Source: Terriglobales bacterium (lineage in GTDB: Bacteria; Acidobacteriota; Terriglobia; Terriglobales; Acidobacteriaceae). Taken from it: a stretch of DNA of 64,000 bases. Where the stretch lies: NCBI GenBank assembly GCA_038254805.1, contig JBBSFW010000001.1, forward strand, positions 36,662 to 100,661, written 5' to 3'. A program made the position numbers and the translations under genes. Positions within the stretch are counted from its first letter, which is position 1. The number at the start of each line of letters is the position of its first letter. Shown here piece by piece: positions 48,310-59,900 of the stretch. The notes beneath the pieces were generated by a model. It had not been told where the DNA came from and did not search any database. It saw only the letters and a list, made by a program, of their open reading frames with translations.

Positions 48310-49068
48310 TTAAGCTCCCGGCCGCCGGTCTATCAAATAGAGCAGCGGAAACAGATAAATCCAAACAATATCCACAAAGTGCCAATACAGTCCCGCAATT
48401 TCCAAAGGGGTATGGTACTCGGGCGTAAATCTGCCTTTATGTGCCATCCATGTGATGACTACGAAAATTCCCACGCCCACGATCATGTGGATGGCGTGCA
48501 TGCCGGTCAGCGCAAAGTAGAGGGAAAAGAAAATTTGCGAATGCTGCTGAATCTCGGCTTCTCTTTTGCGCAGTTCTACCGGGTCGTGAATCGTGTCCAG
48601 GCCGAGAAGGGTCCGGTCTCCCGGTTTCTGCATCATGTCGTGCGCATTAAACTCCAAGCCGGGGATGTGGCGCTCTTTATACTTGTTGTTCCACTCGTAG
48701 CCCTTAACTCCAAGGAAGACCAATCCGAAGAAGAGAGTCGCTAACAGCAAGCGAACCTGCAATTTTCGATTTCCAAGCTGGGCGGCGCGCACTGACTGCG
48801 CCACTGTCAAGCTGCTGCAGATCAGCACCGCGGTGTTGAGAGTTCCGACCACAAGATCCAGGCTGCGGCTGGAGGTTGCAAACTCAGGGAAATACAGCCG
48901 GCGATAGATCAGGTATCCGCAGAACATTCCTCCGAAGAACATTATCTCAGTGCCTAGAAACCACCACATGCCCAGCGATGCCGCATTGCGCTGCTGCTCC
49001 ACGTCGGCGAAATGGTGCCGAAGCTCCGGACGCGCTTCATGTTCCAGAGCCAAAGGGCTATCGCTCAA
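48310..49068 (-). CDS. ctaE: cytochrome c oxidase subunit III
   Basis: [18 protein letters not shown]...[11 protein letters not shown]...[10 protein letters not shown]. Confidence 0.9.
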   Translation of the reverse strand: MSDSPLALEHEARPELRHHFADVEQQRNAASLGMWWFLGTEIMFFGGMFCGYLIYRRLYFPEFATSSRSLDLVVGTLNTAVLICSSLTVAQSVRAAQLGNRKLQVRLLLATLFFGLVFLGVKGYEWNNKYKERHIPGLEFNAHDMMQKPGDRTLLGLDTIHDPVELRKREAEIQQHSQIFFSLYFALTGMHAIHMIVGVGIFVVITWMAHKGRFTPEYHTPLEIAGLYWHFVDIVWIYLFPLLYLIDRRPGA

Positions 49069-50692
49069 GCGTCACCTCCACCGGAAGCGGCATTTTTTCG
49101 TATTCATAGGCTTCCCAAGTCACCTCAGGAGTTTCATCGAAGTTGAATGTGGGCGGAGGCGAGGCGGTCTGCCACTCCAGCCCCGTCGCCAGCCACGGAT
49201 TGTCTTCCGCGGGCTTGCCGTAGCGCAGTGACCACAAAAGATAGGCCATGGGAAGCAGATATCCGACGGCGAGAATGGTCGCTCCCGCGGTCGAGAGCAC
49301 GTTCAACACCTGGTACTCCGGAGGATACTGCCAGTAGCGGCGCGGCATGCCCAGGTAGCCGAGGATGAACTGAGGAAAGAAGGTGAGATTGAATCCGATG
49401 AATACGATCAGCGCGGCCAGTCGTCCCCAGCTTTCCGGATACATGCGGCCGGAGATCTTCGGCCACCAGAAATGTATTCCGCCCAGATATCCGAGCACCG
49501 CGCCACCGACCATCACGTAATGAAAGTGGGCGATGACGAAGTAGGTGTCGGTCACGTGTACGTCCAGTCCCAGCGCCGCCAGAAACAGGCCAGTAAGCCC
49601 GCCAATGGTGAACAGCCCAATAAATCCCATCGCGTAAAGCATGGGGGTCGAAAACGAGACCGAGCCCTTGTACATGGTGGCCGTCCAGTTGAAGACCTTA
49701 ATCGCGGACGGTACCGCCACCAGATAACTAAGGAAGGAAAAGGCCAGGGCGGCGTAAAGCGAAATCCCTGCCACGAACATGTGGTGCGCCCAGACCAGGA
49801 AACCAATGACGGCGATGGCAATACTCGCCATGGCCACAAAGTTGTATCCGAACACGCGCTTGCGCGAAAAACAAGGAACGATCTCGCTAACCACTCCCAT
49901 CGACGGAAGAATCATGATGTAAACCGCCGGATGGGAATAGAACCAGAACAAGTGTTGAAAAAGCAGAGGGTCGCCGCCGCGGTTGGGATCGAATATGCCA
50001 AGGTTCAGCGTGCGCTCAAGCACCACCAGGATCAGCGTGATCGCGATCACCGGCGTGCCCAAAAGCATGATGATGCTGGTGGCATAGTGCGACCAGACGA
50101 ACAGCGGCAGCCGCGACCAAGTCATCCCGGGGGCGCGCATGCGATGCACGGTTACCACAAAGTTCAAGCCCGTCAGGATGGAGGAAAAACCTGAAATAAA
50201 AATCGCGAGTCCTGCCTCTACCACGCGAGTGTTGCTGAATGCAGTCGAGAACGGGGTATAGAAAGTCCAACCGGTATCTACGCCTCCGGTAACCATGCAG
50301 TGGATGTAAAGAATTCCGGCGACAATGTAGATGTACCAGCTCAACAAGTTTATGCGGGGAAAAGCCAGGTCTTTCGCCCCGATCATTATCGGGATCAGAA
50401 AATTTCCCAGTACGGCGGGGATCGAGGGAATGAGGAAAAAGAAGACCATGATCTGGCCGTGCATGGTGAACACCTTGTTATAGGTGTCAGCCTGCATCAT
50501 GTCTCCCTGGGGGGTAAGTAATTCCAGACGGATCAGCAGGGCATAAAATCCGCCCATGAAGAAAAAGGCAGTGATCGAGAGCAGGTACAGCAGCGCAATC
50601 CGCTTGTGGTCGGTGGTAAAGAGCCACGAACGAATGCCGTACTCCGCATTGACGTAATTCTTGCGTTCCGCGCTTACTGCTAGGGTAGCCAT
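49058..50692 (-). CDS. ctaD: cytochrome c oxidase subunit I
   Basis: [11 protein letters not shown]...[15 protein letters not shown]...WAHHMF...HFHYV are heme-copper oxidase ligand motifs. Confidence 0.95.
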   Translation of the reverse strand: MATLAVSAERKNYVNAEYGIRSWLFTTDHKRIALLYLLSITAFFFMGGFYALLIRLELLTPQGDMMQADTYNKVFTMHGQIMVFFFLIPSIPAVLGNFLIPIMIGAKDLAFPRINLLSWYIYIVAGILYIHCMVTGGVDTGWTFYTPFSTAFSNTRVVEAGLAIFISGFSSILTGLNFVVTVHRMRAPGMTWSRLPLFVWSHYATSIIMLLGTPVIAITLILVVLERTLNLGIFDPNRGGDPLLFQHLFWFYSHPAVYIMILPSMGVVSEIVPCFSRKRVFGYNFVAMASIAIAVIGFLVWAHHMFVAGISLYAALAFSFLSYLVAVPSAIKVFNWTATMYKGSVSFSTPMLYAMGFIGLFTIGGLTGLFLAALGLDVHVTDTYFVIAHFHYVMVGGAVLGYLGGIHFWWPKISGRMYPESWGRLAALIVFIGFNLTFFPQFILGYLGMPRRYWQYPPEYQVLNVLSTAGATILAVGYLLPMAYLLWSLRYGKPAEDNPWLATGLEWQTASPPPTFNFDETPEVTWEAYEYEKMPLPVEVTLER

Positions 50693-51688
50693 TTATTCCT
50701 TCGGATTCTGGGGCGCTGCGCCTGGTGATGACAGGCTCGGAGTCCCTGCTGGTCCCGCCGGCGCCTCGCTCAACGACTTCACATAAGCAATCAGCGCATT
50801 CAATTGCTCCTCGCTGACCTGTCCCTGAAACACCGGCATAATGGGTTTGAATCCTGACACCACCTTGGCTGCGGGATTCAATATCGATTCGCGCACATAG
50901 TTTTCGTCCGCACTCACGGAGCGTCCATCTTCGAGTTGCACCGGTCTCCCGAAGAGGCCAACCAGATTTGGCCCCCGTCCCTGCACGTCGGACCGGTGGC
51001 AGGTGGGACAGCCCAGTTGCTGGTACAAAGTCTGCCCGTTCTGCGCCAGCGAGCCTGCGGAGGCGCCGCCGGAGAGCCAGCTTTGATACTGTGACGGCTC
51101 CATCACCACCACGTCGCCGATCATCCCCGAGTGCATGGTGCCGCAGTATTCCGCGCAAAAAAGATGATACGTGCCGGACCGCGTCGCATGGAACCACAAC
51201 GTGGTATAACGCCCGGGCAGAACGTCCTGCTTGACCCGGAAGGCGGGGACGTAGAAGCTATGGATCACGTCCTGCGAGGTCATAATCAGCTTAACGTCGC
51301 GGCCGATGGGCACGTGCAGTTCATTGATTTCGCGCTGCCCTTCCATGTGCTGCAGCTTCCACATCCACTGCTTGGCCACCACATACACCTCAGTTGCGCT
51401 CGCAGGCGGAGTGCGCATGCGGAAAAAAATAATCGCGCCCCAGAGAAAAATCACCACAAAAATCCCCATGGGAATGACCGACCAGGCAATTTCCAAGATC
51501 AGCGAACCTTCAATGGGCTGGGCCTCGCGCCCGTGCCGGCGGCGGTATTTCATTCCGAAAACAACGATGACGGCGAAGATGGCCAGGGTCGTCACCGTCG
51601 ACAGCACCACCAGGAACACATAGAACAGATCTACCCAGATTGCCTGGGTGGAAGCGCCGACCGGCCAAAGTGGGAAGTTATCGAACAT
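50693..51688 (-). CDS. coxB: cytochrome c oxidase subunit II with a fused C-terminal cytochrome c (caa3-type)
   Basis: CuA site HSFYVP...CAEYCGTMHSGM, plus a C-terminal GCPTCH heme c motif. The ATG at 51688 (MFDNFPLWP) overlaps the SCO gene end. Confidence 0.9.
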   Translation of the reverse strand: MFDNFPLWPVGASTQAIWVDLFYVFLVVLSTVTTLAIFAVIVVFGMKYRRRHGREAQPIEGSLILEIAWSVIPMGIFVVIFLWGAIIFFRMRTPPASATEVYVVAKQWMWKLQHMEGQREINELHVPIGRDVKLIMTSQDVIHSFYVPAFRVKQDVLPGRYTTLWFHATRSGTYHLFCAEYCGTMHSGMIGDVVVMEPSQYQSWLSGGASAGSLAQNGQTLYQQLGCPTCHRSDVQGRGPNLVGLFGRPVQLEDGRSVSADENYVRESILNPAAKVVSGFKPIMPVFQGQVSEEQLNALIAYVKSLSEAPAGPAGTPSLSSPGAAPQNPKE

Positions 51689-52550
51689 ATTGATGAGACC
51701 CGTTTTGCCCCTTGGGTTCGCTGTCCGATCCACGGCGAAACAGCACCAGCAAAACTGTTCCAATACAAAGAATCGTCGCTCCGGCGGCGAGCTGAATCAT
51801 GCGGCTGATAATCGCGCCATACTTCCCGGTGGCGGGATTGTAGTGATAGCAGTACAGGATGACCTGGTCGGCCAGTGTCCCAATCTTGTTTTGCGACGCC
51901 TGGATCAGCCCCAGCCGCAAATCCTTCGGAGGAAATTCCACGCCGTAGTAGTACTGCGCAATCTTCCCTTGCGGAGTCAGTACCATGATGGCGGTCGAAT
52001 GCGCGAACTGGCCGGTCTTGGAATCGTATGCATATTGGAACCCAACTGTCTTTGTGAGCGCATCAATCGATTCCTGCGGCCCAGTCAGAAAATGCCAGCC
52101 CTCGCCGGCGCCTTGCCGTTTATAGCGCTTGAGGTAAGCAGCTTTTTTGGCGGTGGCGATCTCAGGCGTATCCGCCGGATCGAAGCTGACCGTGAGCACG
52201 TCAAATTCCTTGCCGATATCGAACTTAAGCACCCGCAGCGAGCTTTCCAGTCCCGCAAGTACTTCGCTGCACAGCATCGGACACCGGTAGTAAACCAGGT
52301 TCAGGATCAACGGCTTCTTGCCGAAGTAGTCGCCGAGGCGGACGGGCGTACCGCTCTCGTCGCGGAACGCCAGAGCCGGAGAAACCTGCCCGTTTAATCG
52401 CTGCTCGATTCCAACATTCGTCAGTCCCGCAGGGCGCACATTCGACGGAGGACTCATCAGGCCTCGGGTCATGCTTTGTGCCTCCACAACTGCGCTCAGC
52501 GCCAGAGCGACGAAGGCAACAACTACCCATTTTGGAAAATGATGCTTCAC
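51678..52550 (-). CDS. SCO family copper chaperone/thioredoxin-like protein
   Basis: YYRCPMLCSEVL (CxxxC) and a conserved His region. The GTG start overlaps the upstream stop (GTGA). Confidence 0.85.
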   Translation of the reverse strand: MKHHFPKWVVVAFVALALSAVVEAQSMTRGLMSPPSNVRPAGLTNVGIEQRLNGQVSPALAFRDESGTPVRLGDYFGKKPLILNLVYYRCPMLCSEVLAGLESSLRVLKFDIGKEFDVLTVSFDPADTPEIATAKKAAYLKRYKRQGAGEGWHFLTGPQESIDALTKTVGFQYAYDSKTGQFAHSTAIMVLTPQGKIAQYYYGVEFPPKDLRLGLIQASQNKIGTLADQVILYCYHYNPATGKYGAIISRMIQLAAGATILCIGTVLLVLFRRGSDSEPKGQNGSHQYVR

Positions 52551-53101
52551 TGCGGCTTTCCCTTTCCGGGCTGCGTTTGGCCCGCAGATTTTTGCCGGTT
52601 GCTGGCGTCAGCCTTTGCTGCGGCCTGCTTCACCATGTTTACCGTGGAGGGCGGCGTTGTACCTGCTTTTGGATTTGTGGGCAATCCGCGCTCTGCCAGT
52701 AGCTGCATCGCGCGATCAATTGGAATCCGCGCGACGCCCTGGCTTTGGTCCACCCAGCCATAACTGTTCAAAGTTTCTTCTTCGCGATAGCGAATGTCAT
52801 TGATCTCAGTGCGCTCATTGTCTTCCAGGCGCGGCTCTGGAAATTCTCTATTAACCTTCTCGTAAGTCTTCTGCGTATTTGCTTCCCGGGTATCATGCTC
52901 GTACTGAACGAGCGGGCTCCTGGCCGCAGGCTGATGCTTTCTTTCATAAACATCCAGGAACCGGAACATCCCCCACAGCATGTAGTAAATCAGCACTCCG
53001 ATCACGACCAGCGAAATCATGAAACCATACACTGGCCTGCCGCCCAGGTCTTCACGCTCGAAGCCCGCGCCGTTGTGATTCTGCTGGCGATGCTCAGTCA
53101 T
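52547..53101 (-). CDS. hypothetical single-TM protein embedded between actF and SCO
   Basis: MTEHRQQNHNGAGFEREDLGGRPVYGFMISLVVIGVLIYYMLWGMF..., then a soluble domain and a Lys/Ala/Gln/Gly-rich tail. The start overlaps the actF end by 8 nt. No named family recognised. Confidence 0.55.
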   Translation of the reverse strand: MTEHRQQNHNGAGFEREDLGGRPVYGFMISLVVIGVLIYYMLWGMFRFLDVYERKHQPAARSPLVQYEHDTREANTQKTYEKVNREFPEPRLEDNERTEINDIRYREEETLNSYGWVDQSQGVARIPIDRAMQLLAERGLPTNPKAGTTPPSTVNMVKQAAAKADASNRQKSAGQTQPGKGKPQ

Positions 53102-54302
53102 GCGCCGCCCCCACGTAATCGAGAAATTCCTGCCCGTGCAGGTCGTAAACCGGCAGCAGCGGACGCGTCCGCAGATTGCGGAAAAACAGCGCCACCCAGA
53201 AGCCGCCGATGGCGATGGGAACAACCAGATCCAACCAGTGAAAATAGAAATATTTGTGGAAGTTAGGCTCGATATACCAAAAGAGGTCCACAAACCGCAT
53301 AAAAAACAGCCATGCGGCGAGCCACACCAGAGTCCGAGGATTCCGCTTGAACGATCGCGAGAGCAGGAACAGGAACGGCACGGCAAAATGGAACGCGGCC
53401 AAACCTAATCCTATTAACTGCCAGCCCGAGTTCAGCCGTCGAGTGAAGAAGGTTATTTCAGCGGGCAGATTGCCGGCCCAGATGATCAGCAACTGCGAGA
53501 AGCTGAAATACGCCCACAGCATGACAAAGGTGAGCATCAACTTGCCGTGATCGTGCACTTCCTTGGGCTTCAGTAGAGACGCCGTGGGCTCGTGGGGAAT
53601 CAGAAGCCTCTCTACCATGACCATCATGCACATGGCGGAAAGGCACTCGCCCGCGATGAAAATGAATCCGTAGATGGTCGAAATCCAGTGGGGATCCAGC
53701 GACATCACCCAATCGATTGCCGCAAATGAGATCGTGAAGGCATAGAGGATGAGGCCAGGAGCAGCTATGACACGAAAACGCGGACTCAAGTTCCGGACGG
53801 GCGGGTTGTCCTGCCCCGTCGACAAGCGGCTCAACAGGAAAGCGATGCCGAGCCAAACTACAAAGTACAACACGGCACGAGCAATGAAACCATTCGCCGT
53901 CAAGTACGAATGGCTCAATTCCACCAAATGTTTGTCGTTCGGATTCGGATGAAGCCATGCCCCGTAAAGGTGCGGCATCCCGAAAACAATTGGAATAAAC
54001 AACACTGCCATCAGCGGCAGCGTCTTCATGCCCGCTTCAAGCTGGCGCCGAATCACCATGCCCCACATTCCGCCAGTAAGGTGCTGGATCATCAGAAACG
54101 CCATGCAGCCCAGGGCAACTCCGAGCCACAGCATGAACCCCAGAAGATATGAATGGAAGAACTGTTCCCGGGTGGGCTGCACAAGAGCGCAAATCAGCGA
54201 CGCCACGCCGAACAGCAATCCGACTCCCAGTCCCCGCTGATAAATGACGTGCGTGACCTCCGGCGCCACTAACTGCGATTGATTTATGCGCGCCAGGGTC
54301 AT
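53094..54302 (-). CDS. actF: alternative complex III subunit ActF (NrfD-like membrane subunit)
   Basis: Polytopic protein after actE. The ATG at 54302 overlaps the actE stop (ATGA). The ORF-track start at 54668 is an out-of-context extension. Confidence 0.75.
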   Translation of the reverse strand: MTLARINQSQLVAPEVTHVIYQRGLGVGLLFGVASLICALVQPTREQFFHSYLLGFMLWLGVALGCMAFLMIQHLTGGMWGMVIRRQLEAGMKTLPLMAVLFIPIVFGMPHLYGAWLHPNPNDKHLVELSHSYLTANGFIARAVLYFVVWLGIAFLLSRLSTGQDNPPVRNLSPRFRVIAAPGLILYAFTISFAAIDWVMSLDPHWISTIYGFIFIAGECLSAMCMMVMVERLLIPHEPTASLLKPKEVHDHGKLMLTFVMLWAYFSFSQLLIIWAGNLPAEITFFTRRLNSGWQLIGLGLAAFHFAVPFLFLLSRSFKRNPRTLVWLAAWLFFMRFVDLFWYIEPNFHKYFYFHWLDLVVPIAIGGFWVALFFRNLRTRPLLPVYDLHGQEFLDYVGAAHD

Positions 54303-54958
54303 TTCTGCTCTTCTCCAGTTCCGCTTTCGCTGGATTCCGGGAGCACGGTAGGCAGGGTCGCGCCCGAGCCCGGCTGTTCGAACCGTGGCGGCGCCGAGGG
54401 TACCTGCTGTCCGCTGGCGACATCTGACTGATTGGCATTCTGGCTTAGCTGAAGGGCGCGAATGTAGGCGACGATGCACCAGCGGTCGCGCGGCGCAATC
54501 TGTGCAGCATAATCCGGCATCGCGCCAAAACCGTTGGTCATAACATCGAAGAAATATCCCAGCGGCGCTTTGCGCAGCCGGTCCTGATGGTAGGTGGGGG
54601 GACGACGATATCCGCGCCGCACAATCATTCCGTTGCCGTCTCCCATGCGCGAGTGGCAGGGCGCGCAATAAATGTTGAAGCGCTCGCGTCCCCGCGCCAG
54701 CACATCTTTATCCACGGGAAACGGCATGTAATCACCTGGATTGGCGCCCATTTTACCGGAGTAAAAATAGGCGTCTTCGTGGAGCTGGCCACGCGCCACG
54801 GCGCCCTCAACCGGAGTACGGGCCGAGCGCAGGTCAGAATAGAAATCGCTCTCACCCAGAGTTTTCATTCGTGGCTGATCATGCATATCCTGCCGGCATC
54901 CGGCCAACGCCACAATCGCGAACAGCCCCAGCCACGAGCTTTTGCGGAAGCTTGCCAT
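54299..54958 (-). CDS. actE: alternative complex III subunit ActE (monoheme cytochrome c lipoprotein)
   Basis: Lipobox LAGC and a single CAPCH heme motif. Confidence 0.8.
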   Translation of the reverse strand: MASFRKSSWLGLFAIVALAGCRQDMHDQPRMKTLGESDFYSDLRSARTPVEGAVARGQLHEDAYFYSGKMGANPGDYMPFPVDKDVLARGRERFNIYCAPCHSRMGDGNGMIVRRGYRRPPTYHQDRLRKAPLGYFFDVMTNGFGAMPDYAAQIAPRDRWCIVAYIRALQLSQNANQSDVASGQQVPSAPPRFEQPGSGATLPTVLPESSESGTGEEQK

Positions 54959-55495
54959 CTAACTCGGGACCTCCGCAATCGAAAGCGGATTCAGGCCTTC
55001 CAGAAACTGCCGCGTGCGCACCAGGTGGTAATTCTTGTCGGAAGAAAAGATGATGACAAAGAAACGGTCTCTCGAAGCAAACTCGAATCTCTGCACATTG
55101 AATACCGGGTGATACGGCATGGGCAGCCCATTCAGCGCCAGCATCCCAAACACAGCCGACAGTCCGGCAAAAAGGATCGTCATCTCGAAGGTCACAATGA
55201 TGAACGACGGCCAGGAATGCAGCGGCCTCCCGCCCACGTTCACTGGATAACTGATGGTGTTGATCCACCATTGCAGCAGGTAAGCGCCGGTGCCCCCGAG
55301 AAGACCTCCAACCAGGCAAATCAAAGCCACGCCGTTCTTGTGAAAACCGATTGCCTCGGAGAGTTCCTCCACGGGGAATGGGGAATAGGCGTCAATCTTC
55401 CGGTATCCCGCCGCGTAGGTGCGGCGCGCCGCCATGACTGCCGCATCCACCGTGTCAAATTCGGCCATCAATCCGTAGATGCCCCTGTCCTTCAC
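54959..55495 (-). CDS. actD: alternative complex III subunit ActD (DUF3341 membrane protein)
   Basis: YGLMAEFDTVDAAVMAARR..., then two TMs. The position between actC and actE fits. Confidence 0.75.
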   Translation of the reverse strand: MKDRGIYGLMAEFDTVDAAVMAARRTYAAGYRKIDAYSPFPVEELSEAIGFHKNGVALICLVGGLLGGTGAYLLQWWINTISYPVNVGGRPLHSWPSFIIVTFEMTILFAGLSAVFGMLALNGLPMPYHPVFNVQRFEFASRDRFFVIIFSSDKNYHLVRTRQFLEGLNPLSIAEVPS

Positions 55496-56889
55496 GAGTG
55501 CACCTCCGCCTCGTGCTTGACTTTTACTTCCGACTGCGGAAGCAGGGTCTTCAATTCAGAAATCGAAACCGCCGGAAGCAGGCGCAGGAACAGGAACATG
55601 CAAGCCGCGAAGAACCCCAGCGTGCCGACGAAAATCGCCCAGTCGAACCTGGTCGGGTAGTACATACCGAACGCCGAGTTCAGGAAGTCGCGGGTCAAAC
55701 TGACCACCACAATAATGAAGCGCTCCAGCCACATTCCCACCAGCACGTCCAGCGAAACAAGAAACAGCCAAATGGGATTGGTGCGGATCCGCTTTACCCA
55801 CAAAATCTGCGGTATAACGAGATTGGTTAAAAGCAGCGCATAGTAGTAAGGCGCATACGGCCCGTGCAGCCGGTTCCAGCGCAGGAAAGTCTCGTACGGA
55901 TCGCCGCCGTACCAGTTCATGAACGCTTCCATGGCGTAGCCGTAGGCCACGATCCATCCCGTCGCCAGCATTACCATGGCCGAGTTTTCGATATGGCGTG
56001 CAGTAATGAAATCTTCGATGTCATAGAACTTGCGGATGGGAATCGCCAGCACCAGCACCATGGCGAAGCCGGAGTAGATGGCGCCGGCTACGAAGTAGGG
56101 CGGAAAAATGGTGGTATGCCATCCCGGAACGATGCCTACGGAAAAGTCGAAGCTCACCACGGTGTGTACCGAGAGCACCAGTGGCGTTGCCAGGCCGCCC
56201 AGCAACAAGTATGCGGTTTCGTAACGATTCCAGTGGCGGACCGAATTCCGCCATCCCATTGCCATCAGGCCGTAAATGAACTTCACAGCTTTATTGGTTG
56301 TCTGGTCACGCAGGCTGGCGAGATCGGGAATCAAGCCGATGAACCAGAAGACCAGCGAAATCGTTAGATAAGTCGTGACTGCGAAGACGTCCCATACCAA
56401 TGGACTGCGAAAGTTCGGCCAGTACGTCATGGTGTTGGGATATGGAAACAGCCAGTAGAACAGCCACGGGCGGCCGAGATGGAAAATTGGGAACATGCCG
56501 GCGCACGCCACTGCGAACAGTGTCATCGCTTCGGCAAAGCGGTTGATCGAATTGCGCCACGATTGCCGCAGCAACAGCAGAATTGCTGAAATAAGCGTTC
56601 CGGCATGGCCGATACCGATCCACCAGACAAAATTGACGATGGCGAATCCCCATCCGACCGGGATGTTCACACCCCAAATACCCACGCCTTTGTAAAAGAG
56701 CAGGCAGACCGCGTACAGAAACCACTGCAGGATGAGGAAGCAAATGGCCATCCCGAAAAGCCAGCCGTTGGTGATGGGGCGGCGCAGCACAATCGACGCG
56801 ATTTTGTCGGTAATGGTGGCGAACGTATGCCCCGGCGCGATGACCGGCACTTTCTGTTCGCCGACTTCGACTTCGGTTGGTTTCGCCAT
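55492..56889 (-). CDS. actC: alternative complex III subunit ActC (NrfD/PsrC-like quinol-interacting membrane subunit)
   Basis: 465 aa with about 10 TMs. NrfD-like, directly after the Fe-S subunit. Confidence 0.85.
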   Translation of the reverse strand: MAKPTEVEVGEQKVPVIAPGHTFATITDKIASIVLRRPITNGWLFGMAICFLILQWFLYAVCLLFYKGVGIWGVNIPVGWGFAIVNFVWWIGIGHAGTLISAILLLLRQSWRNSINRFAEAMTLFAVACAGMFPIFHLGRPWLFYWLFPYPNTMTYWPNFRSPLVWDVFAVTTYLTISLVFWFIGLIPDLASLRDQTTNKAVKFIYGLMAMGWRNSVRHWNRYETAYLLLGGLATPLVLSVHTVVSFDFSVGIVPGWHTTIFPPYFVAGAIYSGFAMVLVLAIPIRKFYDIEDFITARHIENSAMVMLATGWIVAYGYAMEAFMNWYGGDPYETFLRWNRLHGPYAPYYYALLLTNLVIPQILWVKRIRTNPIWLFLVSLDVLVGMWLERFIIVVVSLTRDFLNSAFGMYYPTRFDWAIFVGTLGFFAACMFLFLRLLPAVSISELKTLLPQSEVKVKHEAEVHS

Positions 56890-56976
56890 TTGCTCTACCG
56901 TTATCGTTCGCCTCTGTGCGCTCTGCGGTTTAGCTTTTCTCAGCCACAGAGATCACAAAGATTCACAGAGTAAATC

Positions 56977-59900
56977 TCAAGAGCTCTTCTCCAACTCTGG
57001 ATTCGGGTTCCTGATCTCCGCCAGATACGTCGTGCGGGGACGCGTGTTCAAATCGTCGAGCAACCCATAGTTGCGTGACTTCGCCTTCCACTTGGAAACC
57101 ATGCTGCCCGGGTCATTGATATTGCCAAATACGATGGCGTTCGCGGGGCATGACTGCTGGCACGCGGTCTGCAATTCGCTGCCGGCGATCCTGCGATTCT
57201 CGCGCTCGGAATCGATACGCTTGTGATTGATACGTTGCACGCAGTAGGTGCACTTTTCCATCACGCCGCGGCTGCGCACGGTGACATCGGGATTGCGCAT
57301 CATCTTGAACTGCGGCGTCTCCCAATCTTGGAACAAGAAGAAATTGAAGCGCCGCACCTTATAGGGACAGTTATTCGAGCAATAGCGCGTCCCCACGCAG
57401 CGGTTGTAAATCATGTCGTTGAGGCCTTCGGTGCTATGCACCGTTGCGCCGACCGGACAGACCAGCTCGCAAGGCGCGTTTTCGCACTGCATACAGGGCA
57501 CCGGCTGGAAATAAGCTTTGGGATTATCGCGATCGCCCTGGTAGTAGGCATCCACGCGCAGCCAGTGCATGTGGCGGCCGCGATGTACCTGATCCTTGCC
57601 GACCACAGGAATATTATTTTCCGACTGACAGGCGATGATGCAGTTGTTGCAGCCCACGCATGAATTCAGATCAATCGCCATCCCCCAGGCATAAGGCTGA
57701 GATTGGTAGTCGTAAGGCGGATAGAGGGTCTCGTTTGGCTTGGGCGCGTCTTCGTCGAAGTTGGCTTCTTTCTTGTACTCCTCAAGGTTTTTCGTGCGCA
57801 CCACGGGACGCTGCTCTTCGCCGGTGTCCATCGTCTGGTAACCCTGCGTGCTGGCGAGAATGAATGTTCCACCCAGTTTGGTAATTTTCACGCCGCCCGC
57901 AGTCCACGGAGTCGCGCTATAGCGGAGCGGGTAAACATCGAATCCAGCAGCTGTGCCCGCGCGGCCGGCATTCTTGCGCCCGTAACCGAGGAAGGCAGTC
58001 ACCGAGTTATCGGGATGGCCGGCCTGAATCCAGACCGGAAGTTCGAGCGACTTCCCGTTTAGTTCGACCTTGACCATGTCCCCGCTCTTGACCCCCGTGC
58101 GCCCGGCCATTTTCGGTCCCATCTGCAGAGGATTGTCCCAGGTCATCTTGCTCAACGGCTTCGGCAGTTCCTGCAGCCAGGCATTGTTCGCGAATCGGCC
58201 GTCATAGATCGACGGATCGCGGCGGAAGTTGATCTCAATCGCGTTCTGATCGCCATTGCCTGCAGCAGGCACATTGGTTGCCTTGGCAGAAACCTGTTTC
58301 GCCTGGAAGGAGCTCCCCTCGATCCACCCATCGTGGAGAGACTTGCGCCACCACGTGTCGAAGTCCGCGCCCGGGTGCTTCGATTTCCAGTAGTTCTGGA
58401 TGACTTCATGCCCGCTGGCCTGGGATTGCCCGGCGAACAATGCGGTTAGTTCATGGGCGCTTTTTCCGTCATAGAGCGGGGCAATCAAAGGTTGCACGAT
58501 GCTGACGGTTCCGTCGTGAGCGCGCGTGTCACCCCAGGCTTCGAGGTAATGGGCCTCATTGACGTGCCAGTGGCAAAGCTCGGCGGTCTCGTCGTTGTAA
58601 AGCCCGAGGTGAATACGAAGCGGAATATTGCTGCTCTTCAGGGCATCGGCAAAGCCGAAATCCGCCGGGGCGTCGTAAACCGGATTCCCGCCGAGGATGA
58701 CCAACAAATCCACCTTCCCCTTACGCATGTCGCCGGCTAATTCTTTTAAAGACTCATTCTGGCTGGCGGTATTCGCGAGGACGGGATCGGTATAGAAAAC
58801 AGTCTTGCCAGCGTTGCCGAGGGCGGCATTCATCGCGTGGGCAAGGGCATGAACGACGGGTGGCTGGTGATCGCCTGCGATGATTACGCCTGCTCCACGG
58901 TTGGCCTGAAGTTCCTTCACCAACCCGGCGACATATTTACCGGCCTCGCCGCTCGGTGCGCTTCCCGCAATTCCCGCTCCCAGTGCGCCGGCCAGCGTCC
59001 GGGCGAAGCCCTCAATATCTGCTGCTCGCAACGGAATTCGATGGTCCGCCTTGGCCCCCGTGGCACCTGGCGTGCTCTCGATCACGTATAGCCGGTTCAT
59101 CTTTTCGGAATCGGGATCGCGGCGCTTGGCGAAATCTCTCGCATAACGAGTCGTACCGGGAAATCCAGCAGAGAGGAAATCGGCGTCAAGCGAGACGATC
59201 ACGTCCGCGGCATCGAGCTTGTACTGGGTCTCAACCGGATGACCGAAGGCCGTCTGCGCCCCGGCATAAACATTGTCGCGATTGACCGGCTCGTAGAAGT
59301 GCCACCTGGCTTCAGGAAAACGCTTGAGCACCAACTGCATCTGGTCGGCGAGAGTTGGCGACGAAAACGACTGCGACAGAATTCGAATGCCCGCGCCCTT
59401 CACTGCTTGCTGCGAATTCAGCGGACCTTGCAAAGCTCCCATCAGCGCGGCCCAGGTGCTGATCTCGCCCAGATAGAGCACATTCTGCGAGCGGTCCGGA
59501 TCATACATACCGAGAATCGATGCCTGCGAGTAAATCTCCGTTCCGCCCTGGCTGGCCGGATGCTGATCGTTGCCTTCGATCTTGGTGGGCCGGTACATGT
59601 GGCTGGTCACCAGCAACGGCGTTGCATACCCGCCAAGGGTGAAGGCGCTCGAATAAAAGAGCGGACGGCCGGGAACAAGCTCTTCCGGCTGGCGAACGTA
59701 GGGAACAATCGGTTCGAGCGGTTGCTTGGTGCAGGCGGTCATGCCTGCCAGAGCCATCGATGACCCCATCAGCTTCAGGAAGCCGCGCCGCGAAACCGCA
59801 TCCAGCCATTCCGATGCGCCCTTGGGGAATTCGCGGTGCATCATCTCGCGGAAATCGGTGCTCCCGGCCAGTTCTTCCAGGCTGCGCCAGAATTCAGGCC

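Noticed and set aside
50487-51197. 236-aa ORF overlapping coxII/coxI in another frame
   Set aside because: It is an out-of-frame overlap with two genes carrying diagnostic CuA and heme-copper motifs. Its composition is Arg/Gly-rich.
54587-55660. 357-aa ORF on the plus strand
   Set aside because: It lies antisense across actE/actD/actC, which are supported by heme and TM motifs and by operon context.
56890-56976. actB-actC spacer inverted repeats (CTCTGTG ... CACAGAG)
   Set aside because: The arms are short (7 nt) and have several alternative pairings. This is too weak to call a defined element without comparative data.
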